A stretch of 64,000 nt of DNA, taken from the NCBI GenBank assembly GCA_964016885.1, contig OZ024741.1, positions 9,548,001 through 9,612,000 of the forward strand. Reading direction: 5' to 3'. The position numbers and the translations under genes are program-made. The notes below the pieces were generated by a model. That model did not search any database. It saw only the letters and a list, made by a program, of their open reading frames with translations, and had not been told where the DNA came from. This stretch comes from Eledone cirrhosa (Eukaryota). Positions 29,101 through 42,100 of this stretch are shown in pieces. Numbering within the stretch: position 1 is the stretch's first letter; every line of letters begins with the position of its first letter.

Positions 29101-29880
29101 TAACTAAAGGTACCACAGTGTTGAAACTAAATCTATCAGAGTGTTGAAACTAAGATACCACAGTAATGTAACTAAATGTACCAGAGTGTTGAAACTAAAG
29201 GTACCACAGTGTTGAAATTAAAGTTACCACAGTGTTGAAACTAAAGGTATCATAGTGTTGAAATTAAAGGTACCACATTGTTGAAACTAAAGGTACCACA
29301 GTGTTGAAACTAAAGGTATCACAGTGTTGAAACTAAAGATACCACAGTGACTTAACTAAAGGTACCACAGTGTTGAAACTAAAGGTACCATGGTGTTGTA
29401 ACTAAAGGTACCACAGTTTTGTAATTAAAGGTACCACAGTGTTGAAACTAAAGGCACGACAGTGTTGAAACTAAAGGTACCACAGTGTTGAAACTAAAGG
29501 TACCACAGTGCTGTAACTAAATATACCACAGTGTTGAAACTAAAGGTACCACAGTGTTGAAACTAATGATACCACAGTGTTGAAACTAAACGTACCACAG
29601 TGTTGAATCTAAAGGCATCACAGTGTTGAGACTAAAGGTACCACAGTGTTGAAACTAAAGGTACCACAGTTTTGTAATTAAAGGTACCACAGTGTTGAAA
29701 CTAAAGGTACCACAGTGATGTAACTAAAGGTACAACAGTGTTGTAACTAAAGGTACCACAGTGTTGTAACTAAAGGTACCACAGTGTTGTAACTAAAGAT
29801 ACCACAGTGTTGAAACTAAAGGTACCACTGTGTTGAAACTAATGATACCACAGTGTTCAAACTAAAGGTACCACAGTGTT
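23450..29880. repeat. Tandem duplication, period 3,212 bp (~140 monomers), overlapping the 3,489-bp duplication
   Basis: GAGACT 23457/26669, CACTGGAG 24001/27213 and CACTG 26614/29826 are all at +3212. Both copies share ATGATACTTCAG and the short AAGATACC monomer, which the 19-22 kb copy lacks. Confidence 0.9.
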
Positions 29881-29959
29881 GAATCTAAAGGTATCACAGT
29901 GTTGAGACTAAAGGTACCACAGTGTTGAAACTAAAGGTACCACAGTGTTGAAACTAAAG

Positions 29960-32900
29960 ATACCACAGTGTTGAAACTAAAGGTACCACAGTGTTGAAAC
30001 TAATGATACCACAGTGTTGAAACTAAAGGTACCAGAGTGTTGAATCTAAAGGTATCACAGTGTTGAGACTAAAGGTACCACAGTGTTGAAACTAAAGGTA
30101 CCACAGTTTTGTAATTAAAGGTACCACAGTGTTGAAACTAAAGGTACCACAGTGTTGTAACTAAAGGTACAACAGTGTTGTAACTAAAGGTACCACAGTG
30201 TTGTAACTAAAGGTACCACAGTGTTGTAACTAAAGATACCACAGTGTTGAAACTAAAGGTACCACAGTGTTGAAACTAATGATACCACAGTGTTGAAACT
30301 AAAGGTACCACAGTGTTGAATCTAAAGGTATCACAGTGTTGAGACTAAAGGTACCACAGTGTTGAAACTAAAGGTACCACAGTGTTGAAACTAAAGGTAC
30401 AACGGTGTTGAAACTAAAGGTATCAGAGTGTTGAAACTAAAGGTACCACAGTGGTGAAACTAAAGGTACCACAGTGATGTAACTAATAGTACAACAGTGT
30501 TGTAACGAAAGGTACCACAGTGTTGTAACTAAAGGTACCACAGTGTTGTAACTAAATGTACCATAGTGTTGAAACTAATGGTACCACAGTGTTGTAACTA
30601 AAGATACCACAGTGTTGAAACTAAAGGTACCACAGTGTTGAAACTAAAGGTACCACAGTGTTGAAACTAAAGGTACCACGGTGTTGAAACTAAAGGTATC
30701 AGAGTGTTGAAACTAAAGGTACCACAATGTTGAAACTAAAAGTACCACAGTGTTGTAACTAAGGGTACGACCGTGTTGAAACTAAAGGTACCACAGTGTT
30801 GAAACTAAAGGTATCATAGTGTTGAAACTAAAGGTACCACGGTGTTGAAACTAAAGGTATCAGAGTGTTGAAACTAAAGGTACCACAGTGTTGAAACTAA
30901 AGGTACCACAGTGTTAAAACTAAAGGTATCAGAGTGTTGAAACTAAAGGTACCACGGTGGTGAAACTAAAGGTACCACAGTGATGTAACTAAAGGTACAA
31001 CAGTGTTGTAACTAAAGGTGCCACAGTGTTGTAACTAAAGGTACCACAGTGTTGAAACTAAATCTATCATAGTGTTGAAACTAAAGGTACCACAGTAATG
31101 TAACTAAATGTACCAGAGTTTTGAAACTAAATGTACCACAGTGTTGAAATTAAAGTTACCACAGTGTTGAAACTAAAGGTATCACAGTGTTGAAATTAAA
31201 GGTACCACATTGTTGAAACTAAAGGTACCACAGTGTTGAAACTAAAGGTTTCACAGTGTTGAAACTAAAGATACCACAGTGACTTAACTAAAGGTACCAC
31301 AGTGTTGAAACTAAAGGTACCATGGTGTTGTAACTAAAGGTACCACAGTTTTGTAATTAAAGGTACCACAGTGTTGAAACTAAAGGCACGACAGTGTTGA
31401 AACTAAAGGTACCACAGTGTTGAAACTAAAGGTACCACAGTGCTGTAACTAAATATACCACAGTGTTGAAACTAAAGGTACCACAGTGTTGAAACTAATG
31501 ATACCACAGTGTTGAAACTAAACGTACCACAGTGTTGAATCTAAAGGCATCACAGTGTTGAGACTAAAGGTACCACAGTGTTGAAACTAAAGGTACCACA
31601 GTTTTGTAATTAAAGGTACCACAGTGTTGAAACTAAAGGTACCACAGTGATGTAACTAAAGGTACAACAGTGTTGTAACTAAAGGTACCACAGTGTTGTA
31701 ACTAAAGGTACCACAGTGTTGTAACTAAAGTTACCACAGTGTTGAAACTAAAGGTACCTCTGTGTTGAAACTAATGATACCACAGTGTTCAAACTAAAGG
31801 TACCACAGTGTTGAATCTAAAGGTATCACAGTGTTGAGACTAAAGGTACCACAGTGTTGAAACTAAAGGTACCACAGTGTTGAAACTAAAGGTACAACGG
31901 TGTTGAAACTAAAGGTATCAGAGTGTTGAAACTAAAGGTACCACAGTGGTGAAACTAAAGGTACCACAGTGATGTAACTAATAGTACAACAGTGTTGTAA
32001 CGAAAGGTACCACAGTGTTGTAACTAAAGGTACCACCGTGTTGAAACTAAAGGTACCACAGTGTTGAAACTAAAGGTACCACGGTGTTGAAACTAAAGGT
32101 ATCAGGGTGTTGAAACTAAAGGTACCTCAATGTTGAAACTAAAAGGACCACAGTGTTGTAACTAAGGGTACGACTGTGTTGAAACTAAAGGTACCACAGT
32201 GTTGTAACTAAATGTACCATAGTGTTGAAACTAATGGTACCACAGTGTTGTAACTAAAGATACCACAGTGTTGAAACTAAAGGTACCACAGTGTTGAAAC
32301 TAAAGGTACCACACTGTTGAAACTAAAGGTACCACGGTGTTGAAACTAAAGGTATCAGAGTGTTGAAACTAAAGGTACCACAGTGTTGAAACTAAAGGTA
32401 CCCCAGTGTTAAAACTAAAGGTATCAGAGTGTTGAAACTAAAGGTACCACGGTGGTGAAACTAAAGGTACCACAGTGATGTAACTAAAGGTACAACATTG
32501 TTGTAACTAAAGGTGCCACAGTGTTGTAACTAAAGGTACCACAGTGTTGAAACTAAATCTATCAGAGTGTTGAAACTAAAGGTACCACAGTAATGTAACT
32601 AAATGTACCAGAGTGTTGAAACTAAAGGTACCACAGTGTTGAAATTAAAGTTACCACAGTGTTGAAACTAAAGGTATCACAGTGTTGAAACTAAAGGTAC
32701 CACAGTGTTGAAACTAAAGGTATCACAGTGTTGAAACTAAAGATACCACAGTGACTTAACTAAAGGTACCACAGTGTTGAAACTAAAGGTACCATGGTGT
32801 TGTAACTAAAGGTACCACATTTTTGTAATTAAAGGTACCACAGTGTTGAAACTAAAGGTACCACAGTGTCGAAACTAAAGGCACGACAGTGTTGAAACTA

Positions 32901-34370
32901 AAGGTACCACAGTGTTGAAACTAAAGGTACCACAGTGCTGTAACTAAATATACCACAGTGTTGAAACTAAAGGTACCACAGTGTTGAAACTAATGATACC
33001 ACAGTGTTGAAACTAAAGGTACCAGAGTGTTGAATCTAAAGGTATCACAGTGTTGAGACTAAAGGTACCACAGTGTTGAAACTAAAGGTACCACAGTTTT
33101 GTAATTAAAGGTACCACAGTGTTGAAACTAAAGGTACCACAGTGTTGTAACTAAAGGTACAACAGTGTTGTAACTAAAGGTACCACAGTGTTGTAACTAA
33201 AGGTACCACAGTGTTGTAACTAAAGATACCACAGTGTTGAAACTAAAGGTACCACAGTGTTGAAACTAATGATACCACAGTGTTGAAACTAAAGGTACCA
33301 CAGTGTTGAATCTAAAGGTATCACAGTGTTGAGACTAAAGGTACCACAGTGTTGAAACTAAAGGTACCACAGTGTTGAAACTAAAGGTACAACGGTGTTG
33401 AAACTAAAGGTATCAGAGTGTTGAAACTAAAGGTACCACAGTGGTGAAACTAAAGGTACCACAGTGATGTAACTAATAGTACAACAGTGTTGTAACGAAA
33501 GGTACCACAGTGTTGTAACTAAAGGTACCACAGTGTTGTAACTAAATGTACCATAGTGTTGAAACTAATGGTACCACAGTGTTGTAACTAAAGATACCAC
33601 AGTGTTGAAACTAAAGGTACCACAGTGTTGAAACTAAAGGTACCACAGTGTTGAAACTAAAGGTACCACGGTGTTGAAACTAAAGGTATCAGAGTGTTGA
33701 AACTAAAGGTACCACAATGTTGAAACTAAAAGTACCACAGTGTTGTAACTAAGGGTACGACCGTGTTGAAACTAAAGGTACCACAGTGTTGAAACTAAAG
33801 GTATCATAGTGTTGAAACTAAAGGTACCACGGTGTTGAAACTAAAGGTATCAGAGTGTTGAAACTAAAGGTACCACAGTGTTGAAACTAAAGGTACCACA
33901 GTGTTAAAACTAAAGGTATCAGAGTGTTGAAACTAAAGGTACCACGGTGGTGAAACTAAAGGTACCACAGTGATGTAACTAAAGGTACAACAGTGTTGTA
34001 ACTAAAGGTGCCACAGTGTTGTAACTAAAGGTACCACAGTGTTGAAACTAAATCTATCATAGTGTTGAAACTAAAGGTACCACAGTAATGTAACTAAATG
34101 TACCAGAGTTTTGAAACTAAATGTACCACAGTGTTGAAATTAAAGTTACCACAGTGTTGAAACTAAAGGTATCACAGTGTTGAAATTAAAGGTACCACAT
34201 TGTTGAAACTAAAGGTACCACAGTGTTGAAACTAAAGGTATCACAGTGTTGAAACTAAAGATACCACAGTGACTTAACTAAAGGTACCACAGTGTTGAAA
34301 CTAAAGTTACCATGGTGTTGTAACTAAAGGTACCACAGTTTTGTAATTAAAGGTACCACAGTGTTGAAAC
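29960..34370. repeat. Three ~1.5-kb (64-66 monomer) higher-order units; units 1 and 3 nearly identical (offset 2,990 = 130 x 23)
   Basis: ATAGTACAAC at 30486/31981/33476 (period 1495 = 65 x 23); GACTTAAC at 31281/32753/34271; AATCTATCAT 31061/34051 and TAATGATACC 30001/32991 (+2990). Confidence 0.85.
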
Positions 34371-36159
34371 TAAAGGTACCACAGTGTCGAAACTAAAGGC
34401 ACGACAGTGTTGAAACTAAAGATACCACAGTGTTGAAACTAAAGGTACCACAGTGTTGAAACTAATGATACCACAGTGTTGAAACTAAAGGTACCACAGT
34501 GTTGAATCTAAAGGTACCACAGTGTTGAAACTAAAGGTACCACAGTTTTGTAATTAAAGGTACCACAGTGTTGAAACTAAAGGTACCACAGTGATGTAAC
34601 TAAAGGTACAACAGTGTTGTAACTAAAGGTACAACAGTGTTGTAACTAAAGGTACCACAGTCTTGTAACTAAAGATACCACAGTGTTGAAACTAAAGGTA
34701 CTACAGTGTTGAAACTAATGATACCACAGTGTTGAAACTAAAGGTACCACAGTGTTGAATCTAAAGGTATCACAGTGTTGAGACTAAAGGTACCACAGTG
34801 TTGAAACTAAAGGTACCACAGTGTTGAAACTAAAGGTACAACGGTGTTGAAACTAAAGGTATCAGAGTGTTGAAACTAAAGGTACCACAGTGTTGAAACT
34901 AAAAGTATCACAGTGTTGTAACTAAAGGTACCACAGTGTTGAAACTAAAGCTATCAGAGTGTTGAAACTAAAGGTACCACATTGATGTAACTAAATGTAC
35001 CAGAGTGTTGAAACTAAAGGTACCACAGTATTGAAATTAAAGTTACCACAGTGTTGAAACTAAAGGTATCACAGTGTTGAAACTAAAGGTACCACAGTGT
35101 TGAAACTAAAGGTACCACAGTGTTGAAACTAAAGGTATCACAGTGTTGAAACTAAAGGTACCACAGTGATGTAACTAAAGGTACCATAGTGTTGAAACTA
35201 AAGGTACCACAGTTTTGAAACTAAAGGTACTACACCGTTGAAACTAAAGGTATCAGTGTGTTGAAAATTAAGGTACCACAATGTTGAAAATTAAGGTACC
35301 ACAGTGTTGAAACTAAAGGTATCACAGTGTTGAAGCTAAAGGTATCAGGGTGTTGAAACTAAAGGTACCACAGTGTTGAAACGAAAGGTACCACAGTGTT
35401 GAAACTAAAGGTATCAGATTGTTGAAACTAGAGGTACCACAGTGATGTAACTGAAAGGTACCACAGTGTTGAAACCAACGGTACTACAGTGTTGTAACTA
35501 AAGGTACCACAGTGTTGTAACTAAATGTAATAGAGTGTTGAAACTAAAGGTACCACTGTGTTGAAACTAAAGGTACCACAGTGTTGAAATTAAATGTACC
35601 ACAGTGTTGAAACTAAAGGTAATAGAGTGTTGTAACTAAAGGTACTACAGTGTTGAAACTAAAGGTATCAGAGCGTTGTAACAAAATCTACCACAATGAT
35701 GTAACTAAGTGTACCAGAGTCTTGAAACTAAGGGTACCACAGTGATGAAACTAAATGTACCAGAGTGTTGAAACTAAAGGTACAACAATGTTGAAATTAA
35801 AGGTACCACAGTGTTGAAACTAAAGGTACCACAGTGTCGAAACTAAAGGTACGACAGTGTTGAAACTAAAGGTACCACAGTCTTGAAACTAAAACTACCA
35901 CACTGGAGAAACTAAAACTACCACAGTGTTGAAACTAAAGGTATCACAGTGTTGAAACTAAAGCTACGACAGTGTTGAAACTAAAGCTACCACAATGTTG
36001 AAACTAAAGTACCACAGTGTTGAAACTAAAGGTATCAGAGTGTTGAAACTAAAGGTACCACAGTGTTGAAACTAAAGGTATCACAGTTTTGAAACTAAAG
36101 TACCACAGTGTTGAAACTAAAGTACCACAGTGTTGAAACTAAAGGTACCACAGTGTTGA

Positions 36160-39100
36160 AACTAAAGGTAACACAGTGTTGAAACTAAAGGAATCAGAGT
36201 GTTGAAACTAAAGGTACCACAGTGTTGAAACTAAAGGTACCACAGTGTTGAAACTATAGGTACCACGGTGGTGAAACTAAAGGTTCCACAGTGATGTAAC
36301 AGAAGGTACCACAGTGTTGAATCTAAAGGTACCAGAGTGTTGAAACTAATGGTACTACAGTGTTGAAACTAAAGGTACCACGGTGGTGAAACTAAAGGTT
36401 CCACAGTGATATAACTAAAGGTACCACAGTGTTAAACCTAAAGGTACCACAGTGCTGAAACTAAAGGTATCAGAATGTTGTAACTAGATTTACCACAGTG
36501 TTGATATTAAAGATGTCACAGTGTTGAAACTAAAGGTACCACAGTGTTGAAACTAAAGGTGCCACAGTATTGTAACTAAAGGTACCACAGTGTTGTAACC
36601 AAGTGTACAATAGTGTTGAAACTAATGGTACCACATTGTTGTAACTAAAGATACCACAGTGTTGAAACTAAAGGTACCACAGTGTTGAAACTAATGATAC
36701 CACAATGTTGAAACTAAATGTAACACAGTGTTGAAACTAACGCTATCAGAATGTTGAAACTAAAGGTACCACAGTGTTGAAACTAAAGGTATCAGAGTGT
36801 TGAAACTAAAGGTACCACCGTGTTGAAACTAAAGATACCACAGTGTTGAAACTAAAGGTATCAGAGTGTTGAAACTAAAGGTACCACGGTGGTGAAACTA
36901 AAGGTACCACAGTGATGTAACTAATAGTACAACAGTGTTGTCACTAAAGGTACCACAGTGTTGTAACTAAATGTACCACAGTGTTGTAACTAAATGTACC
37001 ATAGTGTTGAAACTAATGGTACCACAGTGTTGTAACTAAAGATACCACAGTGTTGAAACTAAAGGTACCACAGTATTGAAACTAATGATACCACAGTGTT
37101 GATACTAAAGGTACCACAGTGTTGAAGCTAAAGTTATCACAGTGTTGAGACTAAAGGTACCACAGTGTTGAAACTAAAGGTACCACAGTGTTGAAACTAA
37201 AGGTACCACGGTGTTGAAACTAAAGGTATCAGAGTGTTGAAACTAAAGGTACCACAGTGTTGAAACTAAAGGTACCACAGTGTTGAAACTAAAGGTATCA
37301 GAGTGTTGAAACTAAAGGTACTACAGTAATGTAACTAAATGTACCAGAGTGTTGAAACTAAAGGTACGACAGTGCTGAAACTAAAGGTATTAGAATGTTG
37401 TAACTAAAGTTACCACAGTGTTGAAATTAAAGATTTCACAGTGTTGAAACTAAAGGTACCACAGTAATGTAACTAAATGTACCAGAGTGTTGAAACTAAA
37501 GGTACCACAGTGTTGAAATTAAACTTACCACAGTGTTGAAACTAAAGGTATCACAGTGTTGAAATTAAAGGTACCACATTGTTGAAACTAAAGGTACCAC
37601 AGTTTTGAAACTAAAGGTATCACAGTGTTGAAACTAAAGATACCACAGTGACTTAACTAAAGGTACCACAGTGTTGAAACTAAAGGTACCATGGTGTTGT
37701 AACTAAAGGTACCACAGTTTTGTAATGAAAGGTACCACAGTGTTGAAACTAAAGGTACCACAGTGTCGAAACTAAAGGCACGACAGTGTTGAAACTAAAG
37801 GTACCACAGTGATGTAACTAACGGTAACACAATGTTGTAACTAAATGTACCAGAGTGTTCAAACTAAATGTATCATAGTGTTGAAACTAAAGGTACCTCA
37901 GTGTTGAAACTAAAGGAACCATAGTGTTGTAACTAAAGGTACCACAGTGTTGTAACTAACGGTTTCAGAATGTTGTAACTAAAGGTACCACAGTGTTGAA
38001 ACTAAAGGTACCACAGTGCTGCAAATAAAGGTACCACAGTGTTGAAACTAAAACTACCACAATGTACAAACTAAAACTACCACATTGTTGAAACTAAAGG
38101 TATCACAGCGTTGAAACAAAAGCTACCACAGTGTTGAAACTAACGTACCACAGTGTTGAAACTAAAGGTATCACAGTTTTGAAACTAAAGTACCAGAGTG
38201 TTGAAACTAAAGTACCAGAGTGTTGAAACTAAAGGTACCACAGTGTTGAAACTAAAGGTACCACAGTGTTGAAACTAAAGGCATCAGAGTTTTGAAACTA
38301 AAGGTACCACAGTGTTGAAACTAATGGTACTCCAGTGTTGAAACTAAAGGTACCACGGTGGTGAAACTAAAGGTTCCACAGTGATATAACTGAAGGTACC
38401 ACAGTGTTGAAACTAAAGATACCTCAGTGTTGAAACTAAAGGTACCATAGTGTTGTAACTAAATGTACCACCGTGCTGTAACTAAAGGTATCAGAATGTT
38501 GTAACTAAATGTACCACAGTGTTGAAACTAAAGGTACCACAGTGTTGCAACTAAAGGTACCACAGTGTTGAAACTAAAACTACCACACTGTAGAAACTAA
38601 GACTGCCACAGTGTTGAAACTAAAGCTACCACAGTGTTGAAACTAAAGTACCACAGTGTTAAAACTAAAGTACCAGAGTGTTGAAACTAAAGGTATCAGA
38701 GTGTTGAAACTAAAGGTACCACAGTGTTGAAACTAAAGGTACCAGAGTTTTGAAACTAAAGGTACCACGGTGGTGAAACTAAAGGCTCCACAGTGAAGTA
38801 ACTGAAGGTACCACAGTGTAGAATCTAAAGGTATCAGAGTGTTGAAACTAAAGGTACCAGAGTGATGTAACTAAATGTACCACAGTGTTGAAACTAAAGG
38901 TACCACAATGTTGTAACTAAACGTACGACAGTGTTAAAACTAAAGGTACCACAGTGCTGAAACTAAAGGTATTAGAATGTTGTAACTAAAGTTACCACAG
39001 TGTTGAAATTAAAGATGTCACAGTGTTGAAACTAAAGGTACCACAGTGTTGAAACTAAAGGTGCCACAGTATTGTAACTAAAGGTACCACAGTGTTGTAA

Positions 39101-42100
39101 CTAAAGGTACCACGGTGGTGAAACTAAAGGTACCACAGTGATTAACTAAAGGTACCACAGTGTTGTAACTAAATGTACCATAGTGTTGAAACTAATGGTA
39201 CCACAGTGTTGTAACTAAAGATACCACAGTGTTGAAACTAAAGGTACCACAGTGTTGAAACTAATGGTATCACAGTGTTGAAACTAAAGGTACCACAGTT
39301 TTGAAACTAAAGGTACCACAGTGTTGAAACTAAAAGTACCACAGTGTTGTAGCTAAAGGTACCACAGTGTTGAAACTAAAGCTATCAGAGTGTTGAAACT
39401 AAAGGTACGACAGTGATGTAACTAAAGGTACCATAGTGTTGAAACTAAAGGTACCACAGTGTTGAAATTAAAGGTACCACAGTGTTGAAACTAAAGGTAT
39501 CACAGTGTTGAAACTAAAGGTACCACAGTGTTGAAACTAAAGGTACCACAGTGTTGAAACTAAACTACCACAATGTAGAAACTAACACTACCACATTGTT
39601 GAAACTAAATGTATCACAGTGTTGAAACTAAAGGTATCATAGTTTTGGAACTAAAGGTACAACAGTGTTGAAACTAAAGGTATCATAGTGTTGAAACTAA
39701 AGGTACCACAGTGTTGAAACTAAAGGTACCACAGTGTTGAAACTAAAGATACCACGGTGGTGAAACTAATGATACCACAGTGTTGAAACTAAATGTAACA
39801 CAATGTTGAAACTAACGCTATTAGAATGTTGAAACTAAAGGTACCACAGTGTTGAAACTAAAGGTATCAGAGTGTTGAAACTAAAGGTACCACCGTGTTG
39901 AAACTAAAGGTACCACAGTGTTGAAACTAAAGGTATCAGAGTGTTGTAACTAAAGATACCACAGTGTTGAAACTAAAGGTACCACAGTGTTGAAACTAAT
40001 GATACCACAGTGTTGATACTAAAGGTACCACAGTGTTGAAACTAAAGTTATCACAGTGTTGAGACTAAAGGTACCACAGTGTTGAAACTAAAGGTACCAC
40101 AGTGTTGAAACTAAAGGTACCACGGTGTTGAAACTAAAGGTATCAGAGTGTTGAAACTAAAGGTACCACAATGTTGAAACTAAAAGTACCTCAGTGTTGT
40201 AACTAAAGGTACGACCGCGTTGAAACTAAAGGTACCACAGTGTTGAAACTAAAGGTATCATAGTGTTGAATCTAAAGGTACCACGGTGTTGAAACTAAAG
40301 GTATCAGAGTGTTGAAACTAAAGGTACCACAGTGTTGACACTAAAGGTACCACAGTGTTGAAACTAAAGGTATCAGAGTGTTGAAACTAAAGGTACCACG
40401 GTGGTGAAACTAAAGGTACCACAGTGATGTAACTAAAGGTACAACAGTTTTGTAACTAAAGGTACCACAGTGTTGTAACTAAAGGTACCACAGTGTTGAA
40501 ACTAAATCTATCAGAGTGTTGAAACTAAAGGTACTACAGTAATGTAACTAAATGTACCAGAGTGTTGAAACTAAAGGTACGACAGTGCTGAAACTAAAGG
40601 TATTAGAATGTTGTAACTAAAGTTACCACAGTGTTGAAATTAAAGATTTCACAGTGTTGAAACTAAAGGTACCACAGTGTTGAAACTAAAGGTGACACAG
40701 TATTGTAACTAAAGGTACCACAGTGTTGTAAGTAAAGGTACCACGGTGGTGAAACTAAAGGTACCACAGTGATTAACTAAAGGTACCACAGTGTTGTAAC
40801 TAATTGTACCATAGTGTTGAAACTAATGGTACCACAGTGTTGTAACTAAAGATACCACAGTGTTGAAACTAAAGGTACCACAGTGTTGAAACTAATGGTA
40901 TCACAGTGTTGAAACTAAAGGTACCACAGTGTTGAAACTAAAGGTACCACAGTGTTGAAACTAAAAGTACCACAGTGTTGTAGCTAAAGGTACCACAGTG
41001 TTGAAACTAAAGCTATCAGAGTGTTGAAACTAAAGGTACGACAGTGATGTAACTAAAGGTACCATAGTGTTGAAACTAAAGGTACCACAGTGTTGAAACT
41101 AAAGGAATCAGAGTGTTGAAACTAAAGGTACCACAGTGTTGAAACTAAAGGTACCACAGTGTTGAAACTATAGGTACCACGGTGGTGAAACTAAAGGTAA
41201 CACAGTGTTGAAACTAAAGGAATCAGAGTGTTGAAACTAAAGGTACCACAGTGTTGAAACTAAAGGTACCACAGTGTTGAAACTATAGGTACCACGGTGG
41301 TGAAACTAAAGGTTCCACAGTGATGTAACAGAAGGTACCACAGTGTTGAATCTAAAGGTACCAGAGTGTTGAAACTAATGGTACTACAGTGTTGAAACTA
41401 AAGGTACCACGGTGGTGAAACTAAAGGTTCCACAGTGATATAACTAAAGGTACCACAGTGTTAAACCTAAAGGTACCACAGTGCTGAAACTAAAGGTATC
41501 AGAATGTTGTAACTAGATTTACCACAGTGTTGATATTAAAGATGTCACAGTGTTGAAACTAAAGGTACCACAGTGTTGAAACTAAAGGTGCCACAGTATT
41601 GTAACTAAAGGTACCACAGTGTTGTAACCAAGTGTACAATAGTGTTGAAACTAATGGTACCACATTGTTGTAACTAAAGATACCACAGTGTTGAAACTAA
41701 AGGTACCACAGTGTTGAAACTAATGATACCACAATGTTGAAACTAAATGTAACACAGTGTTGAAACTAACGCTATCAGAATGTTGAAACTAAAGGTACCA
41801 CAGTGTTGAAACTAAAGGTATCAGAGTGTTGAAACTAAAGGTACCACCGTGTTGAAACTAAAGATACTACAGTGTTGAAACTAAAGGTATCAGAGTGTTG
41901 AAACTAAAGGTACCACGGTGGTGAAACTAAAGGTACCACAGTGATGTAACTAATAGTACAACAGTGTTGTCACTAAAGGTACCACAGTGTTGTAACTAAA
42001 TGTACCACAGTGTTGTAACTAAATGTACCATAGTGTTGAAACTAATGGTACCACAGTGTTGTAACTAAAGATACCACAGTGTTGAAACTAAAGGTACCAC

